From Acidobacteria bacterium RIFCSPLOWO2_12_FULL_65_11 (lineage in GTDB: Bacteria; Acidobacteriota; Vicinamibacteria; Vicinamibacterales; CAVVIG01), in NCBI GenBank assembly GCA_001767495.1, contig MELA01000083.1, positions 1 through 59,248 of the forward strand: a stretch of 59,248 nt of DNA, read 5' to 3'. Positions 51,336 to 59,248 of the stretch are shown here, in pieces (the stretch's first letter is position 1; every line of letters begins with the position of its first letter). Under the pieces are notes generated by a model, which was not told the origin of the DNA, did not search any database, and saw only the letters and a program-made list of their open reading frames with translations. Position numbers and translations under genes: made by a program.

Positions 51336-52685
51336 ATGAAGATGGCCGGAAGCCACACCGAGGCGGGCGGGCCGGAGACCCAATCAGGCGAGCCATTGCT
51401 GGGCTCCTACTTCGTGGCCGCCTACCCTCCATTTTCCCAGTGGACCGTCGCCGCGCTTGACCAGTATCGACATCTCCTCACACAGCCGTCTCCGTTGCCC
51501 AAGCCTGTGCCGCTCGGTCTCTACGTCCACATTCCCTTCTGCACCGAGCGCTGCCAGTACTGCTACTACCTCTCCTATGCCGGCAAGACGCGCAACCAGA
51601 TCGATGCGTACCTCGACGCGCTGCTGGCCGAACTGGCTGTGTACGCCCAACAGCCTCTGCTGGCCGGTCGCATGGTGGATTTCGTGTACTTGGGCGGCGG
51701 TACGCCGTCTTTGCTCTCGCCCGGGCGAGTCGTTCGGTTACTGCGAGGGCTCGCGCAAAGTTTCTCGTGGCAGGCGGCCCGCGAAGTCACCTTCGAGTGC
51801 GCGCCGCAGACCGTCAACCTGCCGAAGCTGAGGGAGCTCCGCGAGGCCGGCGTGACGCGGCTGAGTCTCGGTGTGCAGCAGCTTGATGACGACGTGCTGG
51901 CCAGAAACGGCCGCAGCCACTCGGTCCGTGACGTCGAGCGCGCCTATGCGGAGATCCGGCAGGTGGCGTTCGACGTCGTCAACATCGACTTGATGGTCGG
52001 CATGGTCGGCGAGTCGGACGAGTCGGTTCACCGGAGCCTCGATCGCGTCGTGGAATGGGCCCCGGAGAACGTGACGATCTACCAGCTCGAGATTCCGCCC
52101 AATACGCCGCTGTACCGGGCGGTTGGCGACCGCACACTCGACGGGACCCTGCCATCGTGGGAGGTCAAGCGCGGGCGGCTGCACCAGGCGTTTGCGCGGC
52201 TCGAGGCCGCGGGCTACACGCTTCGAAGCGCCTATACGGCGGTTCGCGACATCGACCGCCATCGCTTTCTGTACATGGAGGAGCAGTACCGAGGTTCGGA
52301 TCTGCTCGGCATCGGCGTCTCATCGTTCTCGTACCTCAACGGGGTGCATCAGCAGAATCTGGCCGCGTTCGAACCCTACATGCGCAGCCTTCGGGCCGGC
52401 ACCCTGCCGCTCGGCCGGGCCTACGTCCTCAACGACGAGGAGCGTGTCGTCCGTGAATTCGTGCTGGGGCTCAAGCTCGGACGGGTCGAGCAGGCGTACT
52501 TTCGAGACAAGTTCGGTGTCCAGGTCGACCGCCGGTTTGCCGAACCGCTCTCGCGATTGTCGGCCGAGGGATGGCTCACGATCGACCCGACGGCGATCAC
52601 GCTGACTCGTCAGGGGCTGTTGCGCGTCGACCGGATGATCCCGAGCTTCTACTTACCCGCGCACCGTGGAGTCCCCTACGGCTGA
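51336..52685 (+). CDS. HemN-family radical SAM protein (coproporphyrinogen-III oxidase-like)
   Basis: LYVHIPFCTERCQYCYY (CxxxCxxC), YLGGGTPS, and a HemN_C-like tail. Confidence 0.75.
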   Translation: MKMAGSHTEAGGPETQSGEPLLGSYFVAAYPPFSQWTVAALDQYRHLLTQPSPLPKPVPLGLYVHIPFCTERCQYCYYLSYAGKTRNQIDAYLDALLAELAVYAQQPLLAGRMVDFVYLGGGTPSLLSPGRVVRLLRGLAQSFSWQAAREVTFECAPQTVNLPKLRELREAGVTRLSLGVQQLDDDVLARNGRSHSVRDVERAYAEIRQVAFDVVNIDLMVGMVGESDESVHRSLDRVVEWAPENVTIYQLEIPPNTPLYRAVGDRTLDGTLPSWEVKRGRLHQAFARLEAAGYTLRSAYTAVRDIDRHRFLYMEEQYRGSDLLGIGVSSFSYLNGVHQQNLAAFEPYMRSLRAGTLPLGRAYVLNDEERVVREFVLGLKLGRVEQAYFRDKFGVQVDRRFAEPLSRLSAEGWLTIDPTAITLTRQGLLRVDRMIPSFYLPAHRGVPYG

Positions 52686-52721
52686 GCGCGCGCGCCACAC
52701 CAGCGCGACGCGTTTACAGGG

Positions 52722-54032
52722 CTAGTCGACGGCCTTCCGCGGCTGTCGCGCGAAGGTCGAGCGCTGAAACTCCGGTTCCAGTTCGGTGGCCACAATCAGG
52801 CGCCGCACGATCGGTGTCGTCATGTAGGTCGTGACGATGGCCATGAACACGAGCATGAAAAACACGCTTTTCGGAATGACGCCGAGGTCGTACCCGATGT
52901 TGATGACGATGAGCTCCATCAGGGCGCGGGTGTTCATCAAGACCCCGACGAGGGCGGCTTCGCGGACCCGGAAACCGGCGAGCAGGGCCGCAGCGGTGCA
53001 GCCGCCCAACTTGCCGATCAGGGCGGCGAGCAGGACGAGCGCACACAGGACCCACATGGATGCGCCCTGCAGCGTCCCGATGTCGGTGCGGAGACCGGTG
53101 TACGTGAAGAAGATCGGGAGGAAGAACGCCACGACAAAATCGTGGAGCCGTCGTTTGACCGCCTCCCGAAAGGCATCTTCGTCGTAGAGCACGGCCCCAA
53201 TCAGGAACGCGCCGAAGATAGAGAAGATCCCGATGAGGTTTGTCACAGCCGCCGACGTGAAGATGAGAACGAGCAGGGTTGCCAGTGCGCCGAGCGAAAG
53301 TTCACCGTCGCGTGCTCCCACCGCGGATCGCGCCCACCTGCGGAGAACAGGGCGTACGACGAAGATCAGCACGAGCGCATAGCCGACCGTCTCGAACAGC
53401 ATCAGCGCAAAGCTGGCGGGATCGAAGCGCGACCGGACGATCGCGGTGACGAGGGCCAAGATGATCCAGCCCGCGACGTCGTCCAGCGCAGCCGCCGTGA
53501 TCGTAATGGCCGCGATCCGGGTGCGATGAATGTTCAGCTCGATCATGATCCGGCCGAGAATCGGCAGCGCGGTGATCGACAGTGCGGTCGCAAGAAACAG
53601 CGAGAAATTCAAGGGATTCCCCTCGATGCCGATCCGCGCGTGCAGGTACGGCGCGAGGAGCAAACCCAGCGTGAAGGGCACTGCGATGCCGGCCAGCGAG
53701 ATCGTGAGCGCGGCGCGCCGAGACGAGCGCAGGTGGGCGAAGTTGAATTCCAGCCCGATGAGAAACATCAGCAGGATGAGCCCGATCTGACTGAGTGTGC
53801 TGACGATCGGCGCAACCGTCGGATCGAAGATCCGGCCCGAGAGATCCGGAAAGAGGCGACCGAGGAACGTTGGGCCAAGAACGAGGCCGGCGGCAATTTC
53901 GCCGCATACCTGCGGTTGGCCCAGAAACCGGAACGCGACCGCGCCGAGGCGGGCGGCGGCGATGATCACCATGAGCTGCAGGATGACCTTGATCAGCACC
54001 GCCTCGGTCTGCGTGTCGAGCGGCGAGAGCAT
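52722..54032 (-). CDS. Cation:proton antiporter (CPA2/Kef-type)
   Basis: About 12 TM segments. QPQVCGEIAAGLVLGP...LLMFLIGLEF. Confidence 0.85.
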   Translation of the reverse strand: MLSPLDTQTEAVLIKVILQLMVIIAAARLGAVAFRFLGQPQVCGEIAAGLVLGPTFLGRLFPDLSGRIFDPTVAPIVSTLSQIGLILLMFLIGLEFNFAHLRSSRRAALTISLAGIAVPFTLGLLLAPYLHARIGIEGNPLNFSLFLATALSITALPILGRIMIELNIHRTRIAAITITAAALDDVAGWIILALVTAIVRSRFDPASFALMLFETVGYALVLIFVVRPVLRRWARSAVGARDGELSLGALATLLVLIFTSAAVTNLIGIFSIFGAFLIGAVLYDEDAFREAVKRRLHDFVVAFFLPIFFTYTGLRTDIGTLQGASMWVLCALVLLAALIGKLGGCTAAALLAGFRVREAALVGVLMNTRALMELIVINIGYDLGVIPKSVFFMLVFMAIVTTYMTTPIVRRLIVATELEPEFQRSTFARQPRKAVD

Positions 54033-54143
54033 GCCAGGTCCTCTAAACGAGCGTCAGCTGAGCGACTGCGGAATCGCGGTTCTCAGTGCAGAATCAGGCG
54101 TGGAACAGGGGCGGGATCGGATGGTCGAGGCATGTCAGCGGTT

Positions 54144-55055
54144 TCAGGCGCAGCTTGGCTGCCTAGCCTCATACAGATCTAGGCACTGCGAGCACAGTCC
54201 GAGCTCGATTCGCCAAGCCGGGTGAGCGGCGCGAATCACCGCTTCGGTCGCCGGCGAGACGCCGCCGTCGCGCGCATCGAGCGAGGCGACCGGGAAGCGG
54301 CACAGCGGGCAGCGGCCCGGCTTCCCAGCGTTTGCCAACTGTGGAGGCGTCAACGCGAACGCCACCAGCCCCGCGTGGGTCGGATCGGTCCGGTTGAACC
54401 ATTCCTCGAAGGCGCTCTCGCACCCCTCGCCCAGCATCGCGAACGCGGAGGCGAACTCGCGCCACCGTGCGGTCCGCTCCGTCGGCCCGGCCAGTCCGAC
54501 GCGGGTCAGGCGGCCGTCGATGGTCGTGTCCCACAAGACGCGATACCGATCGCGCAGGATGTTGTCCGCCGAGGGCCCGTCCTCCGACGCGGGGAGCCTG
54601 CGCTCGTAACCGAACGCCGGGTCGAGCATGTCGGCGACGTGTGTGAGCTCGTTGTGGAGGAGCGTGCACAGGGCGTCTGGCCTCAGGAGCGTGCTCGGGC
54701 AGAGCCGCAGCACCAGCGTCGGTGTCGGACTGGCGGCGTCCAGCGTCGCTTCATCGACGAGGTCCGCCCCTTCATCTTGGCGGGTCAGCGCCCGAACGAC
54801 ACGGCTCACGTTGACCCGATCGGCGACATCGACGCGTTGGTGGGCGACCTGGTCGATGACGCGGTGCAGTCCGAGACGTGCAAACCATCGCAGGTGCAGC
54901 GATCGGAAGCTCGCTTCCCGCGCATCGTCGTCCACGATCTCGTAGATCCGATCGCGCTCGCGTCGAAAGGCCTGCGCCGAGGCGGCCGGGGCCGTCGGCT
55001 CGGCCAGCAACACGGCTTCCTCGACCAGATCCGGCGCGTAGGTCGGCTGCGTCAT
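54144..55055 (-). CDS. Hypothetical protein with C-terminal CxxC...CxxC pair; last gene of the molybdoenzyme operon
   Basis: ATG at 55055 overlaps the upstream stop (ATGA). Contains LHNELTHVADMLDP, CPLCRF...CSQCLDLY. No TM segments. The ORF-track N-terminal extension is rejected. Confidence 0.5.
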   Translation of the reverse strand: MTQPTYAPDLVEEAVLLAEPTAPAASAQAFRRERDRIYEIVDDDAREASFRSLHLRWFARLGLHRVIDQVAHQRVDVADRVNVSRVVRALTRQDEGADLVDEATLDAASPTPTLVLRLCPSTLLRPDALCTLLHNELTHVADMLDPAFGYERRLPASEDGPSADNILRDRYRVLWDTTIDGRLTRVGLAGPTERTARWREFASAFAMLGEGCESAFEEWFNRTDPTHAGLVAFALTPPQLANAGKPGRCPLCRFPVASLDARDGGVSPATEAVIRAAHPAWRIELGLCSQCLDLYEARQPSCA

Positions 55056-55834
55056 GGCTTCCGCTGGATCTGAATCAGCTCGCCGTCCGAGCCGCACGCC
55101 ATCGGCGTGTCGTCGGCGGTCTCGGGCCGCACGGCGAGCCCGAGCGGACCCGCTTCGACGCCCACCCGCGCACAGTCCGCGCTCAGCAGGGCAAGCAGCG
55201 TGTGTCCCAGGGCGCCGAAGTATCCGCTCGGGTCTTCCGCCACGACGCGCGTGGCGAACGCGCGACCGAAGCGTGCAAGGTGATTGCGCAAAAACGTGCG
55301 CTCGGCGCGCTCGGTCACCTCCAGCGTCTCGCCGCTCGGCGCCCGCCCATCGTTCTCCAGCAACCACGCCTGCTTGCGGTTCAGGAAATCCATGAACTCG
55401 AGTTCGCAGGCGATGTGATCGACGCGCGCTTCCGACCCGGGCGTCGGATGCAGCCCGAACGCCAGGTAGTAGCCCGAGATGTCGGCAAGTTGCTGCGGTT
55501 GATGGAAGGCGTTGTCGGGGCCGTACTCCGTTTCGCACGCGCAGACCAGGCCGCGCGCCGTATGCCCGAACAGGTGCACGAAGCTGGCGGCCAGTTGGTC
55601 CACGCCGGGCGGCGAGATCGAGCCCAGCCGCGCGGCGACGCGTTCGACGTTCGCCCCCTCGGAGGCCTGCGCCAGGTGCCGCAGGGCGGCTGCGACGACA
55701 GGAAACCCGTCGCGGGCGCCCACTTCGCTCAGACGCTCTTCGGTCGGTGCCTGAAAGCCAATCGACATGGTCCGGTACACGACCGCTCTCGCGAGTGTAT
55801 CGTCTATCGCCGCAAGTGAAGCGGGGCTCATCAA
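55052..55834 (-). CDS. TorD/NarJ-family redox-enzyme maturation chaperone
   Basis: YRTMSIGFQAPTEE...FVHLFG......ETEY.....FHQPQQLADISGYYLAFGL...DHIACELEFM. Confidence 0.7.
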   Translation of the reverse strand: MMSPASLAAIDDTLARAVVYRTMSIGFQAPTEERLSEVGARDGFPVVAAALRHLAQASEGANVERVAARLGSISPPGVDQLAASFVHLFGHTARGLVCACETEYGPDNAFHQPQQLADISGYYLAFGLHPTPGSEARVDHIACELEFMDFLNRKQAWLLENDGRAPSGETLEVTERAERTFLRNHLARFGRAFATRVVAEDPSGYFGALGHTLLALLSADCARVGVEAGPLGLAVRPETADDTPMACGSDGELIQIQRKP

Positions 55835-55840
55835 CGTCTC

Positions 55841-57109
55841 TCAGATCGAATTGGCGTGCGCGTTCGAGCGGACGTGTACGGGTTCTTCGACGGTGGTCCG
55901 GAACAGTTCGCGCCCGTCCTTGCCGAACGCAATCACGGTGTCGTTGTACAGCTCCACCTTGCGCCCGTGCAGCGAGCCCTCGTAGATCTTCGGTCCCTCT
56001 TCGATCTCATAGCGGAAGATGATGCGGTTCGACCGGCGGAACAATTGCAGCACCGCAAGCAACTCGCGACTCGGGCTGATCGAGTTTTCGATCGCGAGGT
56101 CGACGCCTGGGCCAAACATCTGCCGCAGGTACGGCCGCGGGACCCAACGCGGCGGGATGTAGTACCCATTGGGCTGGGTGCCGAATTGCGGATACAGCGG
56201 CAGCGCGACTTTGGCCACGTGCACCAGGAAGTAGAGCGGGTTGTACCGATCCTCGGCCCAGGTGCCGTCCTCAGCAATCGTCACGAGGCCCTGCATGCGG
56301 ATCTGCCCGATGCAAGCTTCCATGCAGCGCGTTTCCATCGGCTCGCCATTGCTTTCCGGATCGGTCCCTTCGACGCGCGGGTAGCACGCAATGCACTTCT
56401 CGCTCGTGCGCGTGTTCCCTCGGTACATGGTTTTCTTGTACGGGCACGCCTCCACGCACTTGCGGTACCCGCGGCACTCCGACTGGTCGAGCAGGACGAT
56501 GCCGTCCTCGGGACGCTTGTAAATCGCCTTGCGCGGGCACGCCGCGAGGCACGCCGGATACGAGCAGTGGTTACAAATGCGGGCGAGGTAGAAGAACCAG
56601 GTCTTGTGCACCGGCAGCTGCACACCGGTGTCGTCGAGCGCGTTGCGGACCCCGCGCTTCCCGACGGGATTGTCCTCATAGATGTTCGGCGAGTTCCACT
56701 CCTCGTCGGTCGGCAGATAGCCCAGCACCCGCGCGCTGTCGGGCGACAGCGCGCGCGCGGCGGCCTCGAAAATCGTCTGGCCTTCGAACGTCCCGTACGG
56801 TGCCAACCGGCCGTCGCCGGGGGTGCCGCCCCAGACCTGGGCGCCAGGATTGGCCGTCTCGAGCTGCTCGAGGATCTTCACGTCCCACCAGCGCGGGTAG
56901 CCGCCGTAGGGCTTGGTCTCGACGTTCGCCCACCACATGTGCTCCTGGCCCTTGCTGAAGGTCCAGGTCGATTTGCACGCCATGGTGCAGCTCTGGCAGG
57001 CAATGCAGCGGTTGATGTTGAAGACGAACGCGAACTGCCGCTCCGGATACCGCGCGTCGTACGGATAGGCCATGTCGCGGCCCAGTTGCCAGTTCTTCAC
57101 CGTGGGCAT
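55841..57109 (-). CDS. NarH/NxrB-like Fe-S subunit of a type II DMSO-reductase-family enzyme
   Basis: Four cluster motifs: CIACQSCTMAC, CNHCSYPACLAACP, CRGYRKCVEACPYKK, KCIACYPRVE. Also WWANVETKPYGGYP. Confidence 0.85.
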   Translation of the reverse strand: MPTVKNWQLGRDMAYPYDARYPERQFAFVFNINRCIACQSCTMACKSTWTFSKGQEHMWWANVETKPYGGYPRWWDVKILEQLETANPGAQVWGGTPGDGRLAPYGTFEGQTIFEAAARALSPDSARVLGYLPTDEEWNSPNIYEDNPVGKRGVRNALDDTGVQLPVHKTWFFYLARICNHCSYPACLAACPRKAIYKRPEDGIVLLDQSECRGYRKCVEACPYKKTMYRGNTRTSEKCIACYPRVEGTDPESNGEPMETRCMEACIGQIRMQGLVTIAEDGTWAEDRYNPLYFLVHVAKVALPLYPQFGTQPNGYYIPPRWVPRPYLRQMFGPGVDLAIENSISPSRELLAVLQLFRRSNRIIFRYEIEEGPKIYEGSLHGRKVELYNDTVIAFGKDGRELFRTTVEEPVHVRSNAHANSI

Positions 57110-57112
57110 CGC

Positions 57113-57448
57113 TTAACTCCCGCGCCGGACCAGCCGCAGCGGCTGCGCGACCGATCCGGCGACTTCTTCAGGTCCGTCCGTCACCACCCAAACAAACCGC
57201 CCGTAGACGGCAAGGCTTTCGTCGACGATCCGCGCGATCTCGTCCTCGCCCAGCAGCCGCCAGGCCTGGTGCGCGCCGGTGTATTCGGCCCGCCGGTAGA
57301 GCGAAAGGATCTGGATCCGCGTGAGGCCGAGCTGCGCAAACTCGTCGGCAAAGGTCGCGGCCATCTCGCGGGTCACCGCCTCGTCGCCGGGCAGTTCGAC
57401 ACCAACGAGCTCTTGTGGATCTTCGGGTTCTGGATCGTGATAGGACAT
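57113..57448 (-). CDS. Hypothetical 111-aa acidic protein encoded between the alpha and beta subunits
   Basis: Tight spacing (24 nt after the alpha stop, 3 nt before the beta start). I recognise no motif. Confidence 0.5.
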   Translation of the reverse strand: MSYHDPEPEDPQELVGVELPGDEAVTREMAATFADEFAQLGLTRIQILSLYRRAEYTGAHQAWRLLGEDEIARIVDESLAVYGRFVWVVTDGPEEVAGSVAQPLRLVRRGS

Positions 57449-57472
57449 AGTCTTGGCTCTAGCGCTGGAGGC

Positions 57473-59248
57473 TCAACTCTTGACTTTTGTCAGCTCTCCC
57501 GCCAGGTACCGCCTCATCGATTCGCTCTCGTTGTCGGGCGAATAGCCCGTTGTCGCCGGCGCCCAGATGCCCGTGCCGCCGAGGCCCCCGTCTTCAGCCT
57601 TCGAAATCCGGACGAGCGTTTCCTTCGGGACCGTGTTGACGGCGTGGTTGTCGGCCTCGCCGCCGAAAATGAAGCCCATCGTCACCTTCGCCTTGTGGAA
57701 GAGCGAATCGGTCTGGAAGCCCATCGTCACCTTCGCCTTGTGGAAGAGCGAATCGGTCTGGTGCATCGGCATGTGCCAGTTCCGCGTCACCGACTGCTGC
57801 GAGCCGTAGCGCAGATTGGCCTGGTAGCCGGTGTTGGCCGACAACGCCCTGCCATCCGGGCGCGTCTCGTGCGCCTTCACGCTCTTCTCGGTGGCGATGA
57901 ACGGTGCGTGCTTCATCATCACGATGTTGTACGGATATGCGTGGTTGTATTTGACGCGCAGCATGCAGCGCGCCACGCGATAGAACGGATCGTCGGGCCT
58001 GGCGCCGATGTACGGCCGGTCGGCCGGGTTGGCGTCGAGGTAAACGTAGTCGCCGTCGTTGATTCCCAGGTCGCGCGCCGCCTGCGGGTTGACGTGGAGC
58101 TGGTGCTCGCCGACGCACGGCGCCCGCTTGTCGAGCCGGTACGGGTCGCCAAAGTTCGAGTCGTACAGCATGTGCCAGTCCACGTTGGACCAGCCGGAGT
58201 GGACGCGGTGACGCGTCTTGGGCGTGAGGCAGTAGAACTGGAATCCCTTCTCCCACAGAAAATTCTTCGTGCCCTTGACTTGCGACCACGGCAGCTTCAC
58301 GTTGCGAATCGTCCGCGCGTCCCAGTGTTCGGCGGTACGCGCGATCCCATAGTCGTCCGGCCGGACGTACGGGTTCGCGCTGACGATCACGTTGGGCAGA
58401 TAGGGCGTCGCCTCGGGCCCTTCGCGGTGCACGATGAAGTTCTCGCCGTACGCAATCGCCTCGGGCACGTCCGCATACGCGTGCAGCCGGCCGGTGTCGG
58501 TGTGGAACGGCTCGTTGTCGTGCACCTGCTCGTAGAACGGGATGCGCGGGTAGGTCCGGAAATTGAGCAGCGCCCCGCCCGGCGGCCCGTACTTGCCCGC
58601 CATGACGTCCGCCACGGTGTACCCCTGGGTGGTGGTGCAGGTCTCGAAGAGGCGCTGCAAGTACACCGAGCGCTTGCCCTCGAGCTCGAACTTGAACATC
58701 TCTTCGAACCGCTGGTCGTTGGTGAGCGTCGACATCGCCTTCGCGATGCCCGCCAGGATGGCCAGGTCGTCCTTGCTGTCGAAGACCGGCGCGATGCCGC
58801 CCTTCCAGACCTGCAGGAACGGATTGGAGCAGCTCGCCGTCACCTCCAGATCCTCGAACTCGAGCCACGAGTTGGCCGGCAGCGCGACATCCGCGTACTC
58901 GATCGACGCCGTCATCTGAATGTCGATCGAGACGATCATCTCGATGTTCGGGTTGACGTTCTTGATCATCTCGTAGGCCCACTTGGCGTTGTTGATCAGA
59001 TTCACGTTGCTGAAGATCAACGCCTTGGTGGGGGTCGGCATGTGCGTGTCGCCGGTGAAGTTCTTCCGGCCGTACTTCGGGGTGTTGACGATGAGCGCCT
59101 TGTCGCCGTGGTTCCAGTAGGCCGGCTCCTCGTCCTTCGTGTAGGCATGGGCGTGGACATCCTTGCCCGGGGCGTTTTCGTCGAGCGTCAGCGCGAACGG
59201 GTCTTCCGCCACCCAGCCTTTGAAGCCCGGGCCGGTCCAGGGTGAGCC
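57473..59248 (-). CDS. Molybdopterin oxidoreductase catalytic (alpha) subunit, NarG/NxrA-like; N-terminal part outside window
   Basis: Frame open to the window edge. Large Mo-bisPGD-type C-terminal domains. Lies immediately upstream of a NarH-like beta subunit. Confidence 0.75.
   Translation of the reverse strand, partial: GSPWTGPGFKGWVAEDPFALTLDENAPGKDVHAHAYTKDEEPAYWNHGDKALIVNTPKYGRKNFTGDTHMPTPTKALIFSNVNLINNAKWAYEMIKNVNPNIEMIVSIDIQMTASIEYADVALPANSWLEFEDLEVTASCSNPFLQVWKGGIAPVFDSKDDLAILAGIAKAMSTLTNDQRFEEMFKFELEGKRSVYLQRLFETCTTTQGYTVADVMAGKYGPPGGALLNFRTYPRIPFYEQVHDNEPFHTDTGRLHAYADVPEAIAYGENFIVHREGPEATPYLPNVIVSANPYVRPDDYGIARTAEHWDARTIRNVKLPWSQVKGTKNFLWEKGFQFYCLTPKTRHRVHSGWSNVDWHMLYDSNFGDPYRLDKRAPCVGEHQLHVNPQAARDLGINDGDYVYLDANPADRPYIGARPDDPFYRVARCMLRVKYNHAYPYNIVMMKHAPFIATEKSVKAHETRPDGRALSANTGYQANLRYGSQQSVTRNWHMPMHQTDSLFHKAKVTMGFQTDSLFHKAKVTMGFIFGGEADNHAVNTVPKETLVRISKAEDGGLGGTGIWAPATTGYSPDNESESMRRYLAGELTKVKS
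57670..57759. repeat. Perfect 45-bp direct tandem duplication inside the alpha subunit
   Basis: gaagcccatcgtcaccttcgccttgtggaagagcgaatcggtctg twice (57670-57714, 57715-57759). Protein reads QTDSLFHKAKVTMGF twice. Confidence 0.95.

Noticed and set aside
55856-59245. Giant 1129-aa ORF on the plus strand
   Set aside because: It is antisense to the clearly real alpha, 111-aa and beta genes, whose Fe-S motifs are unambiguous on the minus strand. Its composition is Arg/Val/Gly/Ala/Leu-rich, typical of stop-free antisense frames in high-GC DNA.

Overview
High-GC (roughly 65% by eye) bacterial chromosomal window. A TIGR03436-type VWA protein and Ser/Thr kinases fused to TolB-like propellers suggest Acidobacteriota; this is inference, since no search was possible. 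Most of the window is housekeeping operons. These are pyrimidine synthesis (pyrK-pyrD; pyrR-pyrB-pyrC plus a second PRTase; pyrE), two glycosyltransferases, truA-uppS-cdsA-dxr-rseP, and a tetrapyrrole cluster (hemA-hemC-cobA/hemD-hemB-hemL). There is also a nuo cluster containing only nuoA-C-D-H-J-K-L-M-N, the F0 half of ATP synthase (atpZ-I-B-E-F), a HemN-like radical SAM gene, a CPA2 antiporter, and the 3' part of a Nar/Nxr-like molybdoenzyme operon. Accessory or unusual content: (1) A 7.2-kb island (9478-16673) holds a type III-like R-M system whose res and mod genes are separated by a DUF5131 (Gp37/Gp68, three-Cys) gene, a DUF433 gene and hicAB, and are followed by an HTH/Zn-ribbon gene. 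The mod gene has a low-GC central patch, and res carries a palindromic element inside its nuclease motif. (2) A palindromic REP-like element (GTAGTGTCCGGCTTCAGCCGGAC) occurs 15 or more times and is repeatedly inserted in frame in real genes (pyrC, res, acylase, hemC, nuoL). (3) Many intergenic hairpins are built from 7-9 nt tandem repeats. (4) A roughly 105-bp MITE-like repeat sits next to two decayed kinase genes. (5) A roughly 90-nt conserved structured element lies upstream of nuoD and nuoL, with a compensatory base-pair change between copies. (6) An in-frame TAG splits the cobA/hemD fusion. (7) A perfect 45-bp in-frame tandem duplication lies in the molybdoenzyme alpha subunit. All calls rest on reading the translations and the DNA; no database search was run.
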